This document shows, piece by piece, positions 1 through 9,672 of a stretch of 64,000 nucleotides of DNA. A model generated the notes under the pieces. The model worked only from the letters and a program-made list of their open reading frames with translations, searched no databases and was not told the origin of the DNA. The stretch's first letter is position 1. Each line of letters opens with the position of its first letter. Where the stretch lies: positions 4,216,001-4,280,000 of the forward strand of contig NC_088792.1 of assembly GCF_011386835.1 (NCBI RefSeq), given 5' to 3'. The stretch is from Chrysemys picta bellii. Lineage: Eukaryota. A program made the position numbers and the translations under genes.

Positions 1-761
1 TTCATTGTGGTGCACTGGCTCACATAGCCAAGGGATGATTAAGGGGGTGAGCATATCTGTTCCATGAGACCCTGTGTGCTTTGCATATACTAGCAAATAA
101 TTAAGAATAAATAGAATTCTGTAACCATTGACTCCTATTTGTGTTGAGAAGGGCATAGGCTGTAATGTAGGAGTATACATGTGTCAATGGCTAATTTAAT
201 TGCTAAGTACCTTCATATTGTAAAATGTTACCCATTTTTTTCAAGCCTCTGCTGTTTCTCAGACCTGGAGGTGTTTGGCTAATGCAGTGTTTCTTCCTGT
301 CTTCACCCACATAGTGATACAGATACCAAACAAACCATGAAACATACAAAATTAGTATAAGAGGTCACCATCAAAGTCCATACCTACCTACTGTTAACAC
401 CCAATGATATCTGAGATACTTCAGTATATAGAATTAGAACAGGAAATAATTCTATTAGGTACTAAATGGTAGATGTTGGATTTTTAATGGCAAACCACTG
501 TACTTGGAATGACTAGTTAAAACTTCCCCGGGGGAAATTCAGTTGTCTCAACTGCATCTTTAAATTGTCTCCACTTCTGTAGGTGTGGCACAAGCTTTAT
601 CTTGAATACCTCTTTCTTGGAGGCTCTTAACCAGCTACTAGTGTTGAGGTTGGAAAGGTTTGTCTGATAAATTCAGTCAAACCAAGTAAAGCTTTCCAGC
701 ATTCACTCATAACCTGATATATCACTAAAATTGGCTTTTATCTAATATTGAGTATCACAGC

Positions 762-1821
762 CAAGGTGGATAAAAAAAATCAGGTTTTTTAATTTAAATT
801 AAATGTTCATTTTGTAAAAATAAAACTATTTAAAATTAAATTTGAAATTTTGACAACCTATAGTAAGGCTTAAACGTACTATAATTAAATATTTCAGTTA
901 ATTAAAAAAAAAAAAATTAAGCAGCACATGTTTGTCAAGTTTTTAAAAAAGTCAAACCACTGCACTAGTGGAAGTCACTGGCTAAGCACCTGGAACTAGA
1001 GTTTGTTGAAGTGCTAAACCAGCTTTTGACAGCAGTAGCATCATCTGCATGTATAGAAAGAATATATTCCTCGTTTCAGTTTATTCAGCTAGTTTATTTC
1101 AATGACTACTTAATTGAAAGTTAAGAAACTAATTGGGAGTTTAAAAAAAAAGCATGAAAACTTGTTTTCCTCTTACAGTCTATGAATAAAAAGTAGGTGT
1201 GAGAGAATGAGATCTACTAGTTCTTTAACATCTTGAAACACATGGTCACCAGAAACAATCATTTCAGTTCACTAACTACAGATAATATTTCCCTTTATTA
1301 ACTAAATCAGTTAGTTTTAAATGTAAAATATGTTTTGATAAACTTTTCATATATATCCAGCACATTTAAGGTATTTTATTTAATTAAAAAATAAACAAAA
1401 AACTCTGTATTTTTAATTGAATTTCAGTTTACATCCAAATAGTGTGTCACAAATTAAAAAAAAACCCTAGTAAAGTAGAACTGCTCAATTCACCATTTTC
1501 TAACATAAATAAAAGATGTAAAAATTAAGACTGTAGCTTAACTTACATTTATTCATATAACTGCTTAAATAAACATGCATAGATACTGTATATCTTCTTG
1601 GTTAGCAAAAAGAAGTATCAAAATTAGTGTGTAAAGGCTGTTTAGTTGCAAATCAACTTGTTTTGATGGTTACCAATGGGAATCAACCTTTCTCGAGGAA
1701 AATAACTAAATAGTACAAATACAAAACAAGATTAAAATCAATTATTTAAAAAAACAAGAGTTACTGCTTACTGATTTAAATCTGTGATTTTAAATCTTTG
1801 ATTTAAATAAAATCTACTGTG
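762..1821 (+). mobile_element. hAT DNA transposon deletion derivative
   Basis: Degenerate TIRs (caaggtggat at 762; atctactgtg ending 1821) and an 8-bp TSD with 7/8 match (atcacagc 754-761, aacacagc 1822-1829). AT-rich interior contains a transposase relic. Confidence 0.75.
954..1140 (+). pseudogene. hAT transposase C-terminal dimerization-domain remnant
   Basis: Manual translation KPLH*WKSLAKHLELEFVEVLNQLLTAVASSACIERIYSSF...KLRN*LG fits the hAT motif WW...LL..PASSA..ER.FS. Contains stop codons. Confidence 0.75.
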
Positions 1822-2023
1822 AACACAGCCAGTTGATTTATTTGGCAGAGAGCCATAATACAAAGGGGAAGCCACCCTAAGCTGTTTTCTTCTTTAAAAG
1901 CTCTTTGACTAATTGCCAAATACATTGGCTTATCATGCTTGGGAGGGGGATGGGAAGTCATGATGTCTTCTGAATTCAGTTCATGCTTCTCTCTGTGTTT
2001 CTGGCCCTGGACATTGTTAAAGG

Positions 2024-3142
2024 AAGGGTTACCATACGTCTGGATTTCCCCGGACATGTCCGGCTTTTTGGTACTCAAATCCCCGTCCGGGGGGAATTGC
2101 CAAAAAGCCGGACATGTCCGGGGAAATAGGGAGGCAGCATAAGCCAGGGTCTGCCCGGCCCCAGCATGATCCGCCGGGTCCGCAGCGCAGCCCAGCCGCC
2201 TGGCTACATTGTAGTGAGCTCGGGCGGGGGAAGAGGGGGCGCAGCCACAGAAGGCGGCGAAGGGGCCGCTGCTGCCCCCGGAGGCCGGGCGGACTGCGCG
2301 CCCCAGCTGAGCCTGCAGGACCACGGGGAGGCCAGGCCCAGCCAGCGGCTCAGGCTTCCCTCACGGGCGGGGACTCCCCAGCCACTGGGGGACCCTTCCT
2401 GCAGCCCCATCACCCCACGCGGCAGGAAGGAGGCTGCGGCGTGGGGCAGGGAATGCGGCATGTGCTGGGGCTGCAGGGACCCGCGTTGCCCCAGTCGCTG
2501 CTGAGCATCCGAAGCCCCCGCCAGGTAGAAGCTGCCGGGTGAGCGGGGGAGCAGGGCAGGTGGGGGGGTGCAGAGGCTGCATGGTTAGGAGGAGCAGGGC
2601 AGGCAGGGGCATAGAGGCTGCAGGGGCGGGGGGGTGCAGGGGCAAGGAGGAGCAGGGCAGGCAGGGGGGCGCAGGGGCAGGGCAGGCGGTGGGTGCAGAG
2701 GCTGCAGGGGCGGGGGGGTGCAGGGCGAGGAGGAGCAGGGCAGGGGGGCGCAGGGGCAGGGCAGGCGGTGGGTGCAGAGGCTGCAGGGTGAGGAGGAGTA
2801 GGGCAGGCAGGGGCATAGAGGCTGCAGGGGCAGGGGGGTGCAGGGGCAGGGCAGGCGGGGGGCGCAGAGGCTGCAGGGGCGGGGTGTGTGTGTGCAGGGG
2901 CTGCAGGGCGAGTGGGGAGCAAGGAAGCACTTAGCAACCCCCAACCAAGATCAGAGCGGGAGGGAGGAGGGGGTAGAGTTGGGGCAGGGACTTTGGGGAA
3001 GGGGTTGGAATGGGGGCGGGGAAGGGATGGGGTTGGGGCGGGGCCAGGGGCGGGGAAGGGGCGGAGTTGGGGCGGGGCCGGAGGTGGGACTGGGTCCCCG
3101 TGGAGTGTCCTCTTTTTTAAATGTTTGAATATGGTAACTCTA
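2024..3142. mobile_element. Non-autonomous hAT element with GC-rich interior
   Basis: TIRs (a)agggttaccata at 2024 and tatggtaactcta ending 3142; exact 8-bp TSD gttaaagg (2016-2023, 3143-3150). Confidence 0.9.
2540..2930. repeat. GC-rich minisatellite inside the hAT element
   Basis: Imperfect units of roughly 55-60 bp built from gcagaggctgcaggggcggggggtgcagggg and ggcaggcagggg; source of many low-complexity ORFs. Confidence 0.9.
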
Positions 3143-5905
3143 GTTAAAGGGAGAGCGGTGGTGGAAGGTGGGGCCTTGCGTTTCTAAAGCAGGGATTTAG
3201 GAATATAAGCAACTCAGAACAGAGGATGTGGGAGTCTTGACACCCCCCTCTGGACTGCAGCTTTTCCCATTTGAACTTCTGATTAGCAATGATTGAAGCA
3301 ACTTTGTACCTAATCAGGCTGTTTTTCTTGGTTGTCTCATTGACAATCAGGGCAAAATGTCTTTTTTCTTTAACCTGCATCTCTTACTGATCAGAGGGTT
3401 TTCAATCTCCCCCCTTCTTTTTCTTTGTGTAGAAAGCAACCTAGAAATGTAATATAGACTTGAGGCAGGCTGGCTCAAAGGGTGTTGGCAATATTTGCCA
3501 TGTCATTACCCCTTTTGATCCTTGCTGTTAAATTTTCAGGACATGGAAATCAAGCAGGTGTTTCCCAAAGAGCTTGTTTGACAGCTAAAAGCATTTCCTG
3601 AAACACTTTCTTCTGGTAGGTCTAACCCACGCTCATTGCCTCTGTAGCAGTTCCAATAGCCGGATGTGTAAAGTTCACTTCTTTCGGAACAGCAGCTGAG
3701 CTAGGGGCAGCAGGTAGGGTTAGAGGGTGTTGGGAAGGAAGTGCCTTATTGTGCACCTTTAATACTGGAGGCTGGTCAGTTTTATCTTAGTACATCGTTT
3801 CCCATTGCCATTCCCAGTCCAAACAGGGCTTTAAATAATGTCTTGGACTCTGACTTTAGAGAACCAATTAAATTTGAGAGGATGACCAGTTCAAAGCCAA
3901 CACCTTCCCCCTTGCTCCTTTTATGGCTTTGCAAACATATAAAGCACACTGGTCTTTTGGCCATCTTCTGTGCTTCCTCGAGGAGTGTGAAATATTGATG
4001 TTTCTCAGTGGCACTTGTAGTCAAGTGATATGGTGGTATGGCAGATAGCTTAAGGAATATCGAACACTTTTGATTAGAAATAGACTAGTTTATTTTCATT
4101 GCCCAACCTGGGAGGAAATGCAAGAAGTAAACACTTTTCACTATTAGTGCCAGTTAACCTGTATTTCTTAAACCTTTGTCTAATAGTCTAAGTTGGTGGA
4201 AGTAACGTGGAAATTTGTTTTTTGGAAATGATTAAAAAGTTAACAGTGGACTAAGATTGCTTGCTTGAATGGTACATGATACAGTACATATTTATTCAAA
4301 ATACTGTGCCAAATAATCTGATATAATATGGGAAGGAATGGTTCATCTCTCTTCCTAAAGTATAGGTGGAAGTCCTTTATTTTAAGAAAAATGACTTAAC
4401 CAATTAGCATTGTCCAGTCCCTTATCCTTTTCCTTTCAGCGGGAAACTACTTGTGTCTATGAGCACACAATACCTTGGCTGCCCATTGAGATTCAGTAAC
4501 TCCCTAGCTATTGCAGTTTTAAGTTCCACAAGGAAGTGAATCATTCTCTCAAAATGCCCACCTGATAACACTGCAAAGGAATCCAAACCTACTTTTGCAC
4601 CCCTTTCTCTCCAGAAACCTCAACCTTTGTTTTCCAAGTAGTGCCTCATGTTCGGTCCCAATTAAATTTATTTGTTGTTGAGAGAACGGAAATGTAAATA
4701 CAATGGTGGTTGAAGTGCAGCAGTTACTCCCTTCCTCCTCTCTGCTGGCTTCCTGTCTGCATTTAGGAAGGTGGAAACTGGTCTTTAGCATTAACTAACT
4801 GGTTTTGGAAGAAAAAAATCAGACTAGCTAAATTAAGAAGCCATACAGGTTACAAGCACAAGGGAACAACTAGTCTCAAGAATTATTTTTCTGAACTAAA
4901 ACTGTGCCATCTCTTGACCTTCAGGCTAGTCCCATGCTCCAACCTGACCACAGCCAGTGACTGGCAACACTATCTGGAAATGATTCCCAGGTCTTTGATA
5001 AAATGCTGCAGACAAATATCTGTTCTTCGAGTGCTTGCTCATGTCCATTCCATATTAGGGGTGTGTGCTTGCCGCATGCACCAGTGCTGGAAGATTTTCC
5101 CTCAGCAGTATCCCATGGAGTGGCCCCTGCATGGCACAGTGTAAGGGGCACCTCCAGCTCTCCCGACCCTCAGTTCTTTTTTGCTGCCAGTGACGGTGCT
5201 GGAACATCTGCTGCTTCGGCTAGAGTTTTCATTCTCTGTTCTTGTGAACTTTGAAAACCTGTAATATAGTTGTATATAGTTAGTAGTTTCTTAGTTACCC
5301 TTAGTAGTAGTTCTCAACTTTTCGTTAGTCCCAAATGGGACTGGGCCGGGGCATGCCCCGGTCCCCAGGCTTTAAGCTCTGTGATCGCTGCAAACGGCCT
5401 GTGCCCATCAGTGATCCACATACCAGCTGCCTAAGGTGCTTAGGCGAAGGGCACATCAGTGACAAGTGCCGTATCTGCAAGTCCTTCAAACCTAGGACGA
5501 AGAAGGAGCGCCATATCCGTCTGAAAGCGCTCCTAATGGAGTCTGCACTCGCTCCGGCACTGGGGCAATGGTCCGACTCTGCACCGAGCACTGCATCTCC
5601 ATGCGCAGTGTTCTGCCGGTGCTGTCCGCTAGCTGGCACCGGTCCCCTTCCACGGCTCCGGGGAAGAAGCCGAGAAGGGTTGGGAGGGGAAGACTCCTAC
5701 CTTCTGTAAGGGAAAGGAGAGGGCTGGGGGTGAGCCACTACCTGTGCCAGGCATCTCAACACCCCCTTCGGGAAGTCGGGCCCCACTCGAGTCAAGCGGT
5801 GCAGCCCATCCTATGCTTCGCCTGCAACCCCAGATAGCGGTGCAGGCCCTAGCCAGCGTCAGGTGCCGTTTGCGCCCAAAGCTCTTGAGCGGCTCAAGAG
5901 ATCCT

Positions 5906-6117
5906 ATATCAGAGGGGTAGCCGTGTTAGTCTGGCTCTGTAAAAAGCGACAGTGTGTCCTGTGGCACCTTATAGACTAACAGACATATTGGAGCATAAGC
6001 TTTCGTGGGTGAATACCCACTTCGTCATCTGATGAAGTGGGTATTCACCCACGAAAGCTTATGCTCCAATACGTCTGTTAGTCTGTAAGGTGCCACAGGA
6101 CTCTTTGTCGCTTTTTT
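5906..6117. mobile_element. Penelope-like-element-derived palindromic insertion
   Basis: 12-bp TSD tcaagagatcct (5894-5905, 6118-6129); about 88-bp inverted arms (5941-6027 vs 6029-6117); hammerhead motif on each arm. Confidence 0.85.
6026..6063 (+). ncRNA. Minimal type I hammerhead ribozyme motif
   Basis: CAU-CUGAUGA-A-GUGGG(UAUUCA)CCCAC-GAAA-GCUU-AUG: core, 5-bp stem II, palindromic AGCU stem III, stem I CAU/AUG. Predicted cleavage after 6060. Confidence 0.8.
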
Positions 6118-6890
6118 TCAAGAGATCCTGACGCTCCTGGTGCCGCCCACACCGGCTGTAGCGGTACCCCGGTCTCGGGGAAAACCTGTGTTGGGACCTA
6201 TGCGTGTGTCCCCACCTCAGCAGTACCGACGCCCACCCAAAGCTGTCATGCCTCAGGACTGGAGAGGCAGGCTCAGCAGAGCCCTCTTCGGTCCCGCACC
6301 GCAGGCACCTATCGAGGTACTTGAGGCATACTTCGCCAGTAGATTGGCGCAGACCCTCCGAGGCACACGCCACACAGCAAGAACTCTGGGACCGATCCTG
6401 ACAGTCTTCAAGGGCCTGGTACCGATCCCAGGACCGATCGGGCACCAGAGACTGCCGATCGCTGGGCCATCATCGTCTGTCTCCAAGAAGGAGGTTGCGG
6501 CTCGGAGCGAGGTTCCCTGACGCTGGGAGAAGAGCCAGTACTAGCAGTGCTGACTACATTATTGGCACCAAAACCTGTCCCATTGCCCCAGGCGTAGTGG
6601 CCGGTGCCATGGTATCCGTGGAACCCTTGGGGGTTCACCCAACCTTCCCAGACTGCCCGATCAGTGTCGGGAGCCTGAGAGAGGCCAGCGACCTCGGTAT
6701 CCCATCCCCCTGTGGTGCTTGAGGCTTCGGAGGGTAAGATGCCGCGGGTCCAGGAGGACTCAAGGGAGAAAGCTGCTGGACCACCAATGGACGTGGAAGT
6801 TCCTGTGGCATTGTCATCGCCGGATGAAGCTATCATAAGGCCCCCTCACTTGGTTCCTCCGGATGACGCCAAAACGCACCAGGAACTTTT

Positions 6891-7600
6891 GCCCAGAGCG
6901 GTCCTGCCACTGGAAAGGTTCCACACGATGGTGAACCTCATCGCAGAAGTCTCCGTGTTCGCTCTGACTACAGCTAGGGTCTGTCTGAGCCTGTTGGGTT
7001 ACATGGCAGCGTGCACTTACGTGGTCCACCATGCCAGGCTCCAGATGTGACCCCTGCAGTAATGGCTGGCAACTGTCTATTCCCAGTCCCGAGACCCCCT
7101 GGAGAATATCGTTACCATTCCTTAGGTGATACTTACTTCGCTGAGATGGTGGACCAACTGCAGGACAGTCCTAGAAGGGGTTCTGTTTGACAAGCCTCCT
7201 GACTCCATCGAGTTGGTGTCGGAAGCCTCAGACCTCGGCTGGGGGGCACATCTTGGCAACCTCCAGACATGGGGATGTGGTCCCTGGAGGAGGCGCGGTT
7301 ACACATAAATGTCAAAGAGCTTTGAGTAGTCTGGCTGGCGTGCGGAGTCTTCTTGCCACATCTGTCGGGCAAGGTGGTACGAGTCCTGATGGACAACACA
7401 GCCTCAGTGTTCTACATCAACAGGCAAGGGGGAGCATGCTCGTTGGCTCTGTCAGAAGGCGCTCCGTCTGTGGGACTTAATCAGCCATGAAATCTACCTG
7501 GAAGCTTGTCACCTTCACGGTGTCAGGAATATGCTGGGAGACCAGCTCAGCAAGGTCTTCTCCTCTCACCACAAGTAGTCCCTCCATCCAGAGGTAGCCT
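6891..7600 (+). pseudogene. DIRS RT-thumb/RNase H remnant
   Basis: LLGYMAACTYVVHHARL; LVSEASDLGWGAHLG; HINV..L..VWLAC..FLPHLSGKVVRVLMDNTASVFYINRQGG (RNase H motifs, read across frameshifts). Confidence 0.85.
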
Positions 7601-7602
7601 GC

Positions 7603-7960
7603 ATGATCTTCCAAAGATGGGGAACTCCCCAAGTGGACCTGTTCGCTACAAGACAGAACAGGAAATGCCACCGGTTTTGTTCTCGACAGGGTCTGAGCAA
7701 GGGCTCCCTCTCCGATGCCTTCCTCCTGTCATGGTCAGGGAGCCTGATGTACGCATTTCCTCCAATTCCACTCATCAGCAGGGCCCTGCAAAGATCGAGA
7801 GACCAGGCACAGGTTATCATGATTGCCCCGATGTGGCCTCACCAGCATTGGTTCAGCATGCCCATGAGCCTGTCAGCAGCCCCTCCCTGCCCAACCGACC
7901 AGACCTGCTGTCACAGGACCACGGTTGGTTCTTACGCCCCAACCTCTGGTCCCTCCACCT
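7603..7960 (+). pseudogene. DIRS N6-adenine methyltransferase-like domain
   Basis: WGTPQVDLFAT...MYAFPPIPLI...VIMIAPMWPHQHWF matches the MT domain that follows RNase H in DIRS1 elements. Confidence 0.8.
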
Positions 7961-7965
7961 CTTGG

Positions 7966-8790
7966 CATGGATGCTGCGTGGCTGAACGCGGAGGAGCGGA
8001 CCTGTTCGGAAGAAGTCCAACAGATCCTCCTGGGAAGTAGGAAGCCCTCAACTAGACTGACTTACCTGGCCATAAATGGGTGCTACCATTTATCACAGGG
8101 CTGGAGAGACTCTTTCCACAGGTACGGGCTCCCATCCTGCAGTGGGATCTTAACTTGGTCCTCTCTGTGCTCACTGGCCTGCCCTTTGAACTGCTGGGTC
8201 CCTGCTCCCTTTCGCATCTGTTGTGGAAGGTCGCATTCCTGGTGGCGGTGACGTCAGCGAGATGGGTCTCTGAAATTAAAGTCTTGATCTCAGAACTGTC
8301 ATACACGGTCTTCTACAAACATAAGGTTCAGTTACGACCTCACCCGGCCTTCCTGCCAAAGATGGTCTCCACCTTCCATATGAACCTGGACATCATCTTC
8401 CCGGTGTTCTGTCCCAAACTGCACAAGACCAGTGAAGAGAGGTGTCTTCACGCCCTGGACGCCGGAGGGCCTTGGCTTTTTACTTGGAATATACCAAGCT
8501 TTTCCGTAAATCGACTCAACGCTTCATCGCTACAGCAGATAGGATGAAGGGTCATCCAGTGTCCTCTCAGAGGATTTCCATTTGGATCACCTTGTGCATA
8601 AGGACCTGTTATGACCTGGCGGGTTTCCACTGCCACCGATTGTCAGAGCCCACTTGACGAGAGCTCAAGCATCTTCAGGGGCCTTCCTGGTGCACCTCCA
8701 GGACATCTGTAGAGCCGCAACGTGATTCTCTGTCCACATGTTTATCGCTCATTATGCCATCACTCAGCAGGCCAGGGACGACGCTTGTTT
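7966..8790 (+). pseudogene. DIRS tyrosine recombinase, inactivated
   Basis: SRKPSTRLTY, WDLNLVL, FLVAVTSARWVSEI, RPHPAFLPK, AHLTRAQASS, DICRAAT*, FIAHYA. Short N-terminal deletion, frameshifts and stops. Confidence 0.88.
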
Positions 8791-8861
8791 CGGCAGAGCT
8801 GTGTTGCAATCTATACGTCCGTGAACTCCTACCCACCTCCAGGGGTACTGTTTTGGAGTCA

Positions 8862-8957
8862 CCTAATGTGGAATGGACATGAGCAAGCACTTGAAGAAAA
8901 GACAGTTACCTTTTCCGTAACTGGTGTTTTGTAAGATGTGTTGCTCATGTCCATTCC
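8862..8957. repeat. DIRS internal complementary region (ICR)
   Basis: 8862-8910 is the reverse complement of the left terminus (ttcttcgagtgcttgctcatgtccattcc); 8911-8957 is the reverse complement of the right terminus (ggaatgaacatgagcaacacatctcgaagaacaccagttatggaaaag). Confidence 0.92.
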
Positions 8958-9489
8958 ATGACCCGACCTCCTTCCCCACTGTTGGAATTTCTGGCAAGAA
9001 GGAACTGAGGGTGGGGGGAGCCGGCGGTGACCCTTATACTGTGCCATGGGGGCGCCACTCCAGGGGGCGCCAGAGCCGATCCCCTATGGATAGTGCTGAG
9101 GGAAAAACTTCCAGCACCAGGGCATGTGGCGAGCACACACACCTAATATGGAATGAACATGAGCAACACATCTCGAAGAACACCAGTTATGGAAAAGAAC
9201 TGTCTTCCCACTTGCATGCCCTTGAAACCTGCATGCATCCTCTGGATGTGGTGCTCTGTGCAAATTCTTTTCATGTTAATTATTCATTCTTCTCCTGTGT
9301 GTCTGCTGATTTTTAGTACATTTCCCTGAGACACAAGCCTAGAGCAAATTTTATACAAAATGAAATTAGTAGCTATGTCTATCTAATATTATTTCTATTG
9401 GGTGGTAACAGTGTTTAATGTTGGGCTTGTTCCAAGCAGGCAGGAATTTACCTGTAAAAGATTTTACCTCTAAAGCAACCAAAAATAGG

Positions 9490-9672
9490 TCATCAGTGGG
9501 CAGGATCGAACTTGGGACCTCTGGAGCTAAGTGCACGAGCCGCTACGGCATGAGGTAAAATCCAAGTGGCTCTTAGCTAAGGGTTTAGAGCAGACTCATT
9601 ACTCTCTTTCCAGGTGGTCTCCATGCCACTAGATGGGACAGAGCACCACACCCAGGAGGTTTGTGAGTTACA
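9490..9672 (-). mobile_element. Short interspersed repeat with internal tRNA-like moiety
   Basis: Minus strand starts TGTAAC at 9672, with A-box-like tacctcatgccgtagcgg (9557-9540) and B-box gttcgatcc (9511-9503). Left boundary uncertain. Confidence 0.55.

Larger units (their letters stand above)
5353..6890 (+). pseudogene. DIRS gag-like ORF remnant
   Basis: N-terminal Cys/His cluster FKLCDRCKRPVPISDPHTSCLRCLGEGHISDKCRIC typical of vertebrate DIRS ORF1. Frameshifted, interrupted at 5906-6117 and truncated near 6890. Confidence 0.75.
5023..9206 (+). mobile_element. DIRS1-type tyrosine-recombinase retrotransposon, internally deleted and decayed
   Basis: Inverted terminal repeats (about 5023-5186 and 8993-9183), internal complementary region 8862-8957, and remnants of gag, RT-thumb/RNase H, MTase-like and YR coding regions in DIRS order. 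No TSD, as expected for DIRS. Confidence 0.93.

Noticed and set aside
1803-3187. Many overlapping 100-190 aa ORFs (Pro/Ala/Gly/Arg-rich)
   Set aside because: Products of the GC-rich minisatellite in a hAT MITE; open in several frames at once with no recognisable domain.
9497-9562. Functional tRNA gene
   Set aside because: Boxes are degenerate, I could not build an acceptor stem, and it is embedded in a repeat.
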